A stretch of 64,000 bases of DNA from Octopus vulgaris (taxonomy: Eukaryota): the NCBI GenBank assembly GCA_951406725.2, contig OX597838.1, positions 19,344,001 to 19,408,000 on the forward strand, given 5' to 3'. Position numbers and translations under genes: made by a program. The stretch's first letter is position 1; every line of letters begins with the position of its first letter. Below, in pieces: positions 1 through 45,271 of the stretch. The notes below the pieces were generated by a model. It was not told the DNA's origin and searched no databases. It saw only the letters and a list, made by a program, of their open reading frames with translations.

Positions 1-11
1 AATATAGGGCC

Positions 12-205
12 CTTGCTGAGTTGGGTGCTTGCGAAAATTGGGAACGTGCTCAGTTGAGTACTCGTGAAAATTGGCAACTTACTGAGTTGGGTACTTGCCA
101 AAATTGGCAACTTGGTGAGTTGGGTACTTGCCAAAATTGGCAACTTGCTGAGTTGGGTACTTGCCAAAATTGGCAACTTGCTAAGTTGTGGCACTTGCTG
201 AAATG
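12..205. repeat. 33-bp minisatellite, ~5.5 copies
   Basis: Unit cttgctgagttgggtacttgccaaaattggcaa with internal inverted repeat ttgccaa-aa-ttggcaa. Confidence 0.9.
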
Positions 206-324
206 GTAGTTGCTGGGTTCTTAGTTACTGAATTGCAGTGCTGCTCCCAATATAAATGTGTGTGTGTGTGTGTGTATCTATGGTTGTAGAATTATTTGTT
301 GAGTGTTGTTTTTTTGTTTTGCAG

Positions 325-407
325 ATCAACGGCGGATGAAGGAGATGATAATGTATTTGACAAAACTGAGATTGGACACAGAGAAAGTTGAGAAACCAAA
401 GAAAGAG
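325..407 (+). CDS. Probable internal exon of an unidentified plus-strand gene
   Basis: Strong acceptor tttttgttttgcag|; (D)QRRMKEMIMYLTKLRLDTEKVEKPKKE; donor GAG|gttaca is weak. Confidence 0.5.
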
Positions 408-1744
408 GTTACAAGCCTATCTTTATTGCTACGCTTGTCTGTCATCACCATTATTTTGTCCATTGTCTGTCATCACCATAACCAATGTCATTATCATCAT
501 CATCACTACTATCATTATTTTGCCATTCATTATCATTATGATCACCATCACACTCATTATCAGGAGCCAATGAAAGAACCTGTATGTGGTCGTTCGATCT
601 GCTAGAAATAGCAGCGAAATTTCCCTCTAACAACTCGCTACCATCTTTAAAAAACAAAAACAGGAGCAACATATTGGATAATGGGGCCTTCATACACAAG
701 GTATATCCCAGAATTTTAAAGATTCTTTTTCAAGGGAATCATTGATTAATTTCAAAGAAGTATAAAACTAGTCTCTGGCCAAATCATTAGTGTACAGGAC
801 TAGATGCTTAGCAGCATTTCATCTCTCTTTACACTCTGAGCTCAAATTCTACCAACATCACCTTTGCCTTTGTGCACTGGGGTGGATGTAATCAACTTAC
901 TCCTCCTCCAAACTTGCTGGTCTTGTGCTAAAATTTGAAACTAATATTATTATGATTGCTATCAAAAACCTCACACCACTACTGTCACTGCAGTCTGTGA
1001 CAGTTGCTATACACATGTACATATACGAGCCACAATCAAAGAAGTGAGAATGTCTAAAACATTTATAATGGAGATAAATCTACAGTTATTCATTTGAAAG
1101 TCTTAGCTGTGGAGATTACAAGAGTTTCATGTATTCTAATTAAGCTGTATTGTATACAAATATTTACCGCTTAATATTTAGTGGCGAGCTGGCAGAAGTG
1201 TTAGCACGTAGGGCAAAATGCTTAGCGGTATTTCGTCTGCCGCTACGTTCTGAGTTCAAATTCCGCCGAGTTTGACTTTGCCTTTCATCCTTTCAGGGTC
1301 GATTAAATAAGTACCAGTTACACATTGGGGTCGATGTAATCAGCTTAATCCCTTTGTCTGTCCTTGTTTGTTTTAATGTCTGCTTTCCATGCTGGCATGG
1401 GTTGGATGGTTTGATTGAGGTCTGAGAGAGCCAGCGGCTGCACCAGGCTCCAATCTGATCTGGCAATGTTTCTACAGCTGGATGCCCTTCCTAATGCCAA
1501 CTGCTCCAAGAGTGTAGTGGGTGATTTTTATGTGCCACCAACACAGGAGCCAGTCAGGCGGCCTGGCAATGATCACATTCAGATGGTGCTTTTTATGTGC
1601 CACCAGCACAGGAGCCAATCAAAGGGTACTGGCATCGGTCATGATCGGTTGGTGCTTTTTGCGGACCTGGCATTGACTATGTTTGGATGGTGCTTTTTAA
1701 TTAAAAACAAATTAAGTTTCTCATTATTATTTCTCTACTTTTAG

Positions 1745-1833
1745 TATCCAGCAGGCAGCTTCAGCCGAATCGAAGGTCAATGGAGGAATCACATATTACC
1801 AAACATGAAGAATTTAAACCAGCCATTTGCAAG
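1745..1833 (+). CDS. Probable penultimate exon of the same plus-strand gene
   Basis: ttctctacttttag|...AAG|gtgaga; YPAGSFSRIEGQWRNHILPNMKNLNQPFA in phase with the previous exon; non-repetitive sequence. Confidence 0.6.
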
Positions 1834-2483
1834 GTGAGATGTTCTGATTAGATGGGATTATCTTTAATTTCTTTTAATTTCATACTTGGTAGAGAGATAA
1901 CTATAAAATCACATGGCCTAGTGGTTAGGTTGTTATGCTCACAATAGCTAGGTCAAAGGTTCGATTCTAAGACTGGGCATGGCTCTGCATTTTTGAGCAA
2001 GACACTTAGTTTTTGCATTGATCTGGTACATTCAGTTTAATTTGAGTATATCAGTGAAACCAGATGGTTAACTGTGGGATGGACTGGCATCCCAATTGCA
2101 CTTGCTGTGTGAAAGACTTGAAAATCCAGATATGCTCTAGTGCCATGAACTTAAGGCAGACTAAAAAAGGAGACAGGTCATCCTCATCACCATCTTCAGC
2201 ATCACAGCTGCAAATCAAATGTGTGTTTGTTGTCGTTTAATGTCTGTTGTCCATGCTGGCATGAGTTGGATGAGTTGACCAGAGATGGCAAGTAGGAGAG
2301 CTGCACCAGGCTCTGGTCTGTTTTGGCATCGTTTCTATGGTTGGATGCCCTTCCTGATGTCAACCACTTTACAGAGTGTGTGGATGCTTTTACGTGGCAC
2401 TGCATGGACACTTGCACATGGCACCGGCACAAGTGCTTTTTACATGGCACCAGCACAGGACCCTTGCAGGGTATGTATGTATA

Positions 2484-2515
<32 letters not shown>

Positions 2516-2573
2516 CATGCTATATAATTAAGGATAATTTTATACATATAATTATCCTTAATTATATCGTGTG

Positions 2574-2605
<32 letters not shown>

Positions 2606-2785
2606 TATTAGAGGGAAAAGGACAACAAAAACCAAGGCAGGACAAGTATCTCAAGTCATTTAGAATATATAATTAGAGTAAGGTGAATTTGAAGTAATTA
2701 ATTGTCTCCAATTAATCCTGCCTTGTTAAATCACTTTCATTCCTTCCCAGTCTTAACCAGCTTCTCCATCTTTCTTCTTTTGTAG

Positions 2786-2816
2786 AGCCAAATTTCGTTT
2801 TGGACCCATCAAGTGA
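2786..2816 (+). CDS. Probable terminal coding exon of the plus-strand gene
   Basis: tttcttcttttgtag|A GCC AAA TTT CGT TTT GGA CCC ATC AAG TGA = (R)AKFRFGPIK*; AATAAA at 3421. Confidence 0.55.
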
Positions 2817-4751
2817 ATCTGGAACAGGGATGAAGAAGAAACTCATTTATCATCTAAAGTGACTAATTATGTGCTGGATTAAGGATTAACAATTGTCTGT
2901 TCTGGGCTGATTCTAGATTTCTAGTCTTACAGGCAAATTGAGCTAATATTTACTTGTGCCTTCTCTGCGGTAAATGCTGTAGCAAAGAGTTTGTGTACAA
3001 CATCAATGTTGGCAGGGTTTAACAAATTGTCAACTCATATATTCTTTTAGGCACTTGGGGGGGGGGGGGACCTCCTTCTTGCAATACATTTGATGACAAA
3101 AAAAAAAAAGAAAGAAAAAAGGCAATTTCACATTTGTATGATCAGTAGTGGAATTCATCAAACCACATTCTTGCTTGGAGATATTCATGTCACCTATGCA
3201 GTAGAAAAACATTCTTTGTCTTGACATCATCTTCTATTAACTTGTTAAATTAAGAACTGAGCTGGTCTCAAAATGCTGTCACCAGAGTAAATACATTTAT
3301 GAAAGTTCATCTTAACTACATGCTGAAAATACTGCAAATTTACAAGTAGATTTTCTTTGTAATTCTTTTGATATATTTGGAACTCTTTCAATTTTTGGAA
3401 ACCCATGTCAAAAACTTTCAAATAAAAATTGTCATAAGTTACTCCCTACTCTCTTTGCTTTTCCCACCCTATCATATTAGTTATTTTATCCAATACCATT
3501 AAATTATGAAGACAGTATTTCCTAATGTCTCACAACCCTCTGTACACTCTCTCTTTTATTCTATTTCCCTCTCTCTTTCGTGTCCTCTCACTTTATTTTA
3601 AACCAGCTTTATTGTTTTAACATTGTACTAAACATTTTGAGATTAGCACAGGCGTGGCTGTGTAATAAGAAGCTTACTTTCTAGCCACATGGCTCCAGAT
3701 TCAGTTCCACTGTGTACCACCTTGGGGTGTCTTCTACTATAGCCTTGGGCTGATCAAAGCTTTGTAAGAGGACTTGGTAGATGGAAATTGAAATATATAT
3801 ATATATATATATATTATTATATATGGCCCAGTGGTTAGGGCAGCGGACTTGCGGTCGGAGGATCACGGTTTTGATTCCCAGACCGGGCACTGTGTGTGTT
3901 TATTGAGCGAAAACACCTAAAGCTCCACGTGGCTCCGACAAGGGGTGGTGGCGACCCCTGTTGTACTCTTTCGCCCCAACTTTCTCTCACTCTCTCTTCC
4001 TGTTTCTTGAGTAACGTTGCGATGGACTGGTGTCCCGTCCAGCTGGAGGAAAAAACATATGCCACAGAAACCGAGCCCATGAGCCTGGCTAGGCTTGAAA
4101 AGGGAGCATAAATAATAAATATATATATATATATATATATAATTATTATTTTAATAATTATCTATATAATTATAACAAAGGATTGTCTATAAGCCTCTCC
4201 ATGCACTGGAAAAATAGATGTCAAAAGACGCTATTACCACCTTAAAATCTCCAAGAATAACACACAGGGTATATATATGTGGCTGTGTCTATGTTTATCT
4301 CCCACAGCCACTTCACAACTGGTGTTGGGGTTTTTAAGTCTCCAGGACTTAGTGGTTTGGTAAAAGAGACCAACATAATAAGTAGAAGGCTTTAAAAACA
4401 ATAAGACTACTGAACAACAACAGCAAACAACAACAATAAAAACCAGATATTTCATTTGTGAAACTTTAATAGGATTTTCAATGTAGTGGTAATAATAATA
4501 ATAATAATATTAATATTAATAATAATAATGATAAAAGATCACATCCACCACCACTACTCCCAGTAATAATAATAATAATGATAGGTTTTTTTATTCAAAC
4601 GACTTCCTCAAATTAGTTAAAATAATTTGATAATTAGCATTTCCCCCAATCTTGCTAAATGAAGTGTGTGTGTAGGCATACATTCATATGTATATATATA
4701 CACACATACATATATAAATATACATACACATACACACACACATGCATACAA

Positions 4752-4782
<31 letters not shown>

Positions 4783-5513
4783 TACATACACTCACACATA
4801 CACACATGTATGCATATGAAAATGATGCTCCAGTATGGCCGTAGTTGTGATGGTTTAAAGAACCACACACATATTTTCATACCTGTTGTTAATGTATATA
4901 CACATCTTCTCCATATGTATGTGTGTATGCGTATATCTATCTATCTATATATGTGTATATATGCATAATGACAAGTTTCTTCACTGTTATCAGATGTGAA
5001 GCCATCAGAGCTGTAGCAGTTTTGCTCCAGCTAAACAGACCAAATTAGTTATAGTACAAAAACAAAAACAAAAAAAAAAACAAACAAAACAAAACAAATC
5101 ATCACCACTACTACCACCACCACCACTACTGTAACCTATGCAGCCACTGCAGTCCTTTAAAAGTCAGAAACAGTGATCCACATTCAAATTTGGACAAGAA
5201 ACCATCTTCTGTCAGTCAAGACTTCTGGAATGATATACAACTGTAGAGTGAGTGACACAGCAGAAGTATGAGGAGAAGAGAGTGGGAGGTGAGGGGGGAA
5301 TAGTGCGAGTAGAGAATATAAGGATATGGGGTACAGTGTGTGTATGTAGCTGGTGGAGGTGGTTGTGGTGGTGGTGAGCTGGAGTTCAGAGTTTGCATGT
5401 TGAGGCAGACGTTTGTGGTTTGTGATGTGGAGTGAGTAGTGGCAGTAAACTAGTCCAGAAATGTGTGCTTGTTGATCATCGGAGTTCAGAGCTATGGTTC
5501 TGTCATCTCGTCT

Positions 5514-38150
<32,637 letters not shown>

Positions 38151-38159
38151 TATTTAGTG

Positions 38160-38350
38160 TGTAAGACGGGAGCCAGAGTGTACGGAAGGTATGCAATATA
38201 CTTATATGTTGATAAATATATATATTATAGTTGCGAGAGATATATTTCTAAAAGTATAAGTTAGCTGTGGAGTTGTCACTCCACCCTACGTGGCTATTAT
38301 GACTCTAGACCGGAACAGGAAGTACAATGTTGCAGTAACGTGTCAGCAGT
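38160..38350 (-). promoter_or_regulatory. Putative COPB2 proximal promoter / 5'UTR
   Basis: Directly upstream of the ATG exon; GCCACGTA (rc of 38287-38294), ACCGGAA/CAGGAAGT ETS-type sites (38309-38323), TGACACGT (rc of 38338-38345); CpGs locally retained. Confidence 0.55.
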
Positions 38351-39882
38351 GTTACAAATGAAAATACGAATATGTAACAAGGAAATCTGTCAGAATAATT
38401 AAAGAAATAGTTTTACATTTTATTTTTTTATATATAAATAAATTGATAGGAACTTGTCCTTGTCCTTGTTCATCCATCCGTCAATAGAACAAGCGATGTT
38501 AAAAAAAAAAATTTACAAAGCTTTACAGTCCAAAATAATGACAGGTTAAGTGAAATAATTCTCTTATTTATAATTCGATTCTAGGATATCTAGGATGAGT
38601 TATAAGAATATGATTATAAACTTTAGCACACGATTCTTACTTTACTTTATTTATACAAAAAGATGAAAAGAGGAGCTGAACGTAGGCAAATTTTAAGCCT
38701 AAGATGTAACATCGAAAAACCGAAACGGCGAAATGTACTATCTATACCCGGCTCTGCTCATCAAAATTATATATATATATATATATAACGGGAAGGTTTA
38801 CGAAAATAAACAAAAGACGAAGGCAGGTTTAAGAAAATAAACAAAAATATCGCGTAATATATTCAGTACATAGTATACATAAAATAAATATCGTTTAATG
38901 TACATGCATTCCTATATAAATGACGGGGTGGTTCCGCTAATATATAAACGTATGGCAAATGCTATCTCTTCTAACATGGATTATAATTTATAGAGGTGTG
39001 TTGTCTTAAATATACTGTTACTGAGTGATCACGGCTGGAACGCTTTTGGTTATTTTCTACTATATCAGGTTATTGAGTCGCGAGTAATATTTACAAAAAT
39101 TGAATACGTATATATTGTTGGAATAGCGAAAATGATGAAACGAAATGCATTTCTCCATTTCGGTTTTTTATTTTAATTTTTTAAATCATACTTTCGTTTC
39201 AATGGACTCTTAAAGGAAGTTTAACCTATATTTCCATCTAAGATCGGAATTTTAAATGTAACTCTTTAATAGCGGTGGTTACATGCCATGTTTATTTAAT
39301 AAAGAAAATAATAGAAGTCTAATATGTTTAAAAATTAGGAATGGATTGCAGTAAGCCCATCAAAGTCGTTCCCCTTTATATACAATTTGTGTCACACCGT
39401 GACACTGGGAAGAACAGAAAAATAAGGTGCTAACTGATAATGTAACAAATTCAATAAAATAGCTGAATATGAAGATCGATTGAAGCTGAATTACGAGCGT
39501 TTATGTGGTCATTTTATCTAGTTGTGTTGTTAAGCAGTTTACTTAGCAACAAGTGGGTCCGAACTCAATCCCACTTGTTGCGTGGCACAATGAGCCCCCT
39601 CCCTCTCTCTTCAGTCTCAGTGGTAATTTGGACAAACGTCGTCCGCTAAAGCTCCGAGCCAACTAAAGCCTCGTTAGCAAATTCGGCTGAAGGAAACTGA
39701 ATAAAGCCTGTCGTGTGTGTGTGTGAGTGTGTCATGTCCAACTGGTACTGGTTTGTTTACGTCCATAGAACCAGGTGAAGTTGACTTGTTTGCCTAAACA
39801 TGTCATGACCGCACGCTAATCATTGAAATAAGTAAAAGATAAAAGATATGAGCTGACGTGTAGAATAATCATATCCTCTATT

Positions 39883-40170
39883 GACCTTAGGAAACATTTT
39901 TTCACGCTGAGAGTTGCTGAAGCATGGAACAAACTGCCGGCATCAGTTGTTAGTTGTCGGAGCACTGCATCCTTCAAAACTTCTATGCTTCCTGAGATTC
40001 GCCAACACGACACCTGATTTTCTCCCCTCCTTACACACACAAGCATGTATCTGACTCATACACTGTTCACTTCCCAGACATTTGTACATTACTGCATATA
40101 CTTTATACGCACTTTCTGACAAGTTGTGGTGCACCTGAGCACTGTATACAATAATTTCATTATTATTATT
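39883..40170 (+). mobile_element. CR1/L2-type LINE 3' end (second copy)
   Basis: DLRKHFFTLRVAEAWNKLPASVV; same 3'UTR and (ATT)n tail as 13695-14056. Confidence 0.85.
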
Positions 40171-40335
40171 TAAAAATTTCTTTCATTTTCCAAGTTTTGG
40201 CGCTTTTTCGTTTAAGCATGACAGCTTGCCTTTTCATCTCGTTTAAGCGTGACTGAACAAGCACTCACCCACGTCCACAGGGGGCTTTTGCGTGACAGCT
40301 GAAATATTTTTCGTTTAAGCGTGACAACTAAAATA

Positions 40336-40853
40336 TCTCTATATATAAAACTGTAGTTGTGTGAGTGTCTGTCTCCTACGATTTAGATTCCTAACTCCTC
40401 CCACATTTTGCGGTGCAGTTTAACCAAATTCGGGTATCTTATAGTCGTGATTAATATCAAGCCCGTCTGGCTATTAGCGCGCGTCTACGATGAGTCTACG
40501 ATTTTAAAAATAATTTAACATCATTTTTTTATTCCATTTTAATGCATAATATTTCGTGTGTCGATGGCGGCGGAGTTGGCGTCCACGCTCAAACACCTGC
40601 ACCTGTGTTTGCTTCTCCCCCTTCTTCCCTCCCTCGTGAAGCTGTGGGGAAGGGAGTGTAAGGAAATCAACGTCGTAATGCGTTGTCAAGGACACCAGCG
40701 TTCTTTTAGAACAACGACTTCATGGCTTGAAGACACCAAAACAGAAATGGCTAAGAAAGCCCGAATTGGCATCTATAAGGGAAGTAACTCTCTAAAAATG
40801 CTTATATAGTTATTTCTCTTACAAATCCGAGCAACGCCGGGCGATACTGCTAG
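40336..40853 (+). mobile_element. Non-autonomous Helitron nested in a Merlin-type element
   Basis: A|TCTCTATATATAAAA...ccgagcaacgccgggcgatactgCTAG|T; shares both ends with 23398-23797 but has a different middle. Confidence 0.85.
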
Positions 40854-41065
40854 TGTTTAATAAGAAGTGAAAATGAAAGTAAAAATACTAACAAAACGTA
40901 TTTTATTTTTTAAAAAATTATAGATTATAAGCATCCCTCACACCAATCAAAAGATTTTGGAATGGATCATCATTAAATTGATATCGCCACATAAATTCAA
41001 CTAAGTAACTATAAAGACATGTCCTTGCTGTTCCAATTTCTCTTTTATTCTTAAACAAGCAACTC

Positions 41066-41408
41066 GGTACTACTTGAGAACAGTGGTCCCGGTGTGCGCA
41101 CTCGCGTAGTCGCGCTAGCTAGTCGTAACTAGTCGATCCTACAACGACTGCCTAGCAAAATAAATAAAACACAAAATAAATCATTTTTTTTTTTTACACA
41201 AAGTAAATAATTTGTTTAAAACAAAGTAAATGGCGGTGCCCCAGCATGGCCACGGCTCGTGAGCTGAAACTAGATAAAGAAAGAAAACACAAATCACAAA
41301 GTAAATAACACAAAAACACAAAGAAAGGATCGACTAGTCATGACTAGCTAGCGCGGATGCACGAGCACGCGAGTGCGCGCACCGGGACCACTGTTCTCAA
41401 GTAGTACC
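41066..41408. mobile_element. Merlin-type MITE nested in 40199-41480
   Basis: ~75-bp TIRs GGTACTACTTGAGAACAGTGGTCCCGGTG.. / ..CACCGGGACCACTGTTCTCAAGTAGTACC; 8-bp TSD AGCAACTC/AGCAATTC. Confidence 0.85.
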
Positions 41409-42199
41409 AGCAATTCTCTCCTCGGTCAAACTCACGCTTAAACGAAAAAGCTAGCTGTCGCCCTTAAGCGAAAAAGTGCCCAAGTTTTCAACAATGGAGA
41501 TCCGAAGTAATTGTTTGATAGCGGGGTGGAATTATGGGTGGCTCCGTACGTTTGATATAGTAAATTAATTTTTCTGGCAGGTTTAGTCGAACAAGTCGAC
41601 TTTAGTAATTATTTTGTTAAAGCCTGGTTCTATAGACGCAAACAAACCAGCACCGGTTGGACTGAGACACACATCACACACACACACACACACGCGACAG
41701 GCTTCTTTTTGTAAAGATTAAATTTTACATGAAACTCAAGTAAAGTAAAAAAAAAAAATCCTGCGATAAAAAGAAATAATGATTTCTTTATTGATCACCA
41801 AGGGTTTTACATTAAGAAAAAACATGGACGGTACAGGACAAAATAAAGCATGTGTGTGTGTGTAAGTGTGTGTGTATGTGTGTGTGTATGTGTGTGTGTG
41901 TGTGTGCGTGTGTGTGTGTGTGTGCGTGCGTGGGCTCTGTTCCATCTCTGTGCTTGGGATGGAAATGATCCAAAGATCTACTACAAAGACTTACAGGTAT
42001 TATTTATTGAATATATTTGTAACAGACTTTGATATATTGTAAATAAATTCATTAATTACATTTAAACCTATTAACTTGGTCATTATCGTTGACTGTTTTT
42101 TGCTAATAGGTCACATGACAACAGTGTGTCGTCTGCTCAGTGTATCGCCCTCCTTTGTATTCTGTCTTTCTCTAACAGTGAATGTTCCATTGTCACCCC

Positions 42200-42540
42200 A
42201 CCTCTCTCTCTCACTCTCTCTCTCTCACTCCCTCTCTCTCTTCCTCTTCCACTCTCTCCCTCTTCCACTCTCTCTCTCATCGCCTCTCTCCCTCTTTCCC
42301 TCTCCCACTCTCTCTCTCTCTCTCATCGCCTCTTTCCCTCTCTCCCTCTTCCCCTCTCTCTCTCTCATCGCCTCTTTCCCTCTCCCCTCTCTCCCTCTTC
42401 CACTCTCTTTCATCCCCTCTTCTCCCTCTTCTTCTTTTCCACTGTCTCTCCTCCCCTATCTCCCTCTTCCCCTCCCCCTCTTTCTCTTCTCTCCTCCTTC
42501 CTCCCTATTTTCCCATCTCCCTTATCGTTTCTTACCCCTC
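42200..42540. repeat. Polypyrimidine (CT-rich) low-complexity tract
   Basis: ~340 bp almost purely C/T with recurring ctctctctcatcgcctct units. Confidence 0.92.
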
Positions 42541-43267
42541 CACACATATTCCTTGTCTGGTTGACTATTTTACCACTTTTGACTTCCAAATACGGACACT
42601 TATAAATGCAGGCATGGCTGTCCCACAGCCTGACACCTTGGGCAACTAACTGTCTTCTATTATAGCCTGAGGCCAACCAAAGCCTTGGGAGTGGATTTGG
42701 TAGATGGAAACTGAAAGAAGCTCGTCAGACGTTAAATGTTGTTGATGATGATGATGATGATGATGTCACCTGGAATATTCCTGTTGGTAGCTTAATTCTG
42801 TTAGTGACTTCAGTTCTTATTAATAGCTCTGAGGACCAAGTTCTTGTCATCTCTCAATGGTATTGACTATAGGAGTTTGGGAACTTTGGGAAGCATAGTG
42901 ACTTGAAGTTCTAATTACTAACAACCCAGATATACCACTTCAGGCCTAGCTGACCTAAACACAGGAGTAGGAGGTATTTAACCCCTTTTGCCAGTATAAA
43001 CTATAACCCACCTGTGATGATCATGCAAACCCAATCATGCAAATCCAACACCATTAAATTTTGGTTACTTCCATATAGAAAACTGCTGCTGCTAATGTGT
43101 TCATACTCCACTGAATAATGACTGAGTGACTGATGTATGCCAACATCTTTACCTCACCATGTGTTGTACTCAAGGAACTGATGTCACTGAATATACTAAA
43201 CAACAGCCTGTGCAAATATCCTACCAACATCCTGTCTGAACACATGGACCTAAAAGTATAGACTGTT

Positions 43268-43500
43268 AAGGCGGTGATCTGGCAGAAACGTTAGCACGCC
43301 GGGCGAAATGCATAGCTGTATTTCGTCTGCTGTTACGTTCTGAGTTCAAATTCCGCCGAGGTCGACTTTGCCTTTCATCCTTTCGGGGTCGATCAAATAT
43401 GTACCAGTTACACACTGGGGTCGAAGTAATCGACTTATTCCGTGTGTCTGTCCTTGTTTGTCCCGCCTGTGTTTAGCACCTTGTGGGTAGTAAAGAAATA
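43268..43500 (+). mobile_element. SINE family B (representative; also ~1181-1370, 44065-44280, 46077-46270, 50123-50573, 58330-58560, 61033-61822 and many partial copies)
   Basis: aaggcgg..ctggcagaa..gttctgagttcaaattccgccgaggtcgactttgcctttcatcc; B-box-like gagttcaaattc. Confidence 0.88.
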
Positions 43501-45203
43501 AGTATAGACTGTTATCCCTCTCCATCCAATTTTTCCTAACTTTGGCCAGTCTTGGTGATCATTTGACCACTTGACATCTGCTATCCTTCATCCTGTTATC
43601 TATCTGTCTCTACATGCACCCCTTAACCTCTCTCGACTAGCACACCTCCAACTATACTGACTAGTATGTATCTATTCTACTACGTCCACCTTGTCTGCTT
43701 TTCCACCTGACTATAGTATAATATTCCGAGTCTACTCTCATTCATTCTCTAACCAAAACTGGAACTGATAACTTCCAATATTCCTCACCATAAGGCGGCA
43801 AGCTAGTGGAGGCACATGGCTTAGTGGTTAGGATGTCAGCAGCATGATTGTAAGATTGTGGTTTCGATTCCTGGACCGGGCAACGCGTTGTGTTCTTGAG
43901 CAAAACACTTCATTTCATGTTGCTCCAGTCCACTCAGCTGGTAAAAATGAGTAACACTGCGATGGACTGGCGTCCCGCCCAGCTGGGGAACACATACGCC
44001 ATTGAAACCGGGAAACCGGGCCCATGAGCCTGGCTAGGCTTTAAAAGGGCGCATTTATTTTTATAAGGCGGAAAGCTGGCACAATCGTTAGCACACTGGA
44101 TGAAATGTTTAGCAGTATTTCGTCTATCTCTATGTTTTGAGTTCAAATTCCACTGAGGTTCACTTTGCCTTTCATCCTTTCGGGGTCAATATTATAAGTA
44201 CCAGTTGAACATTGGGGTCAATCTAATTGCTTCATCTCCTCCCCCTAAATTGCTGCCCTTGTGGCAAAATTTAAAACCATAATTCCTCACCATGAATTAT
44301 CATCAAACATCCTCATCTGAAGCTGCCATTGGACATTACCTATAACTGTATTTCTCATTTGATCATGGATTTACTTAATGCTTTCCTATTTTATTCTGAT
44401 CCTTCCCTCATCCTTGACAAAATGAAATGCACCAATATCCTTGACTGGAGACTTTCCTTTGCTTTTACATCTCTCCAACTTCTCCCTATTTGATGACTGC
44501 ATACTCAGCCAATGGAATCTTCATTTAATATGATGATCCACCTGTTTGATTGTTCTAGAAACAGCTGTAAGAAACCCTGTATATCTATATTCTCTATCTA
44601 AATTAAATAAATATCTTTTCAAGTGATGCTAAACAATTTGCCTTTTTAATCCTTACATATATGTTGTTATGTACTGTTATTATTTTTATTGTATTTGTGT
44701 AACATCCGGTTTTTTTTCCATCCTTGTTTTTGTATACGTTCGCTGCTTTCGTCCCAGGAATCTAACGCTCTTAGCTTAGTTTTTCCTTGGGGCTGGCCAG
44801 ATTGGAGCAGTCTCAAGTATAATCAGCCAAAACTGCGAGGATAATCTGGAACTTGACTGAGGAAAGGAAACTTCGAATAAACTGTCCCTGTTTTCTTTGT
44901 ATTGTCTATCTGGATGTTTTGTTGTCCCATTTTTGTATCACCTAGCTGTCTGGATGTTTTGTGTTCTTGTCCCATTTTGTATCTTATATATATATATCTT
45001 TTATTTTTGCTTGAGTTATTAGACTGTGGCCATGCTAGAGCATCACCTTGCAGAATTTTAGTCAAATGAATCAACTCCAGTACTTATTTTTTAAAGCCTG
45101 GTACTTAATTCTTATCAGTCGCTTTTGCTAAACCATTAAGTTGCAGGGATGTAAACATACCAACACTGGTTGTCAAGCAGTGGTGGAGGATAAACCCACC
45201 TTT

Positions 45204-45269
<66 letters not shown>

Positions 45270-45271
<2 letters not shown>

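Larger units (their letters stand above)
40199..41480. mobile_element. Non-autonomous DNA transposon, Merlin-type
   Basis: TIRs GGCGCTTTTTCGTTTAAG / CTTAAGCGAAAAAGTGCC, repeated subterminal cgtttaagcgtga motifs, exact 8-bp TSD CAAGTTTT (40191-40198, 41481-41488). Confidence 0.8.

Noticed and set aside
21-209. ORF with 11-aa repeats (ELGTCQNWQLA)
   Set aside because: By-product of a 33-bp minisatellite; non-ATG start and no convincing splice signals
325-2816. Idea that the convergent gene is MRPS22, the vertebrate neighbour of COPB2
   Set aside because: Predicted peptide does not resemble the MRPS22 C-terminus as I recall it; left unnamed
38530-38552. Possible first exon of a divergent plus-strand gene (aaaataATGACAG|gttaag)
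   Set aside because: No supportable downstream coding exons found in 38.6-54 kb
42076-42676. Leu/Ser/Pro-rich ORFs up to 162 aa
   Set aside because: Stop-free only because the tract is polypyrimidine
44855-44890. CUGAGGA...CGAA hammerhead-like string
   Set aside because: GAAA and stem III do not fit (GAAU follows) and no stem I; insufficient
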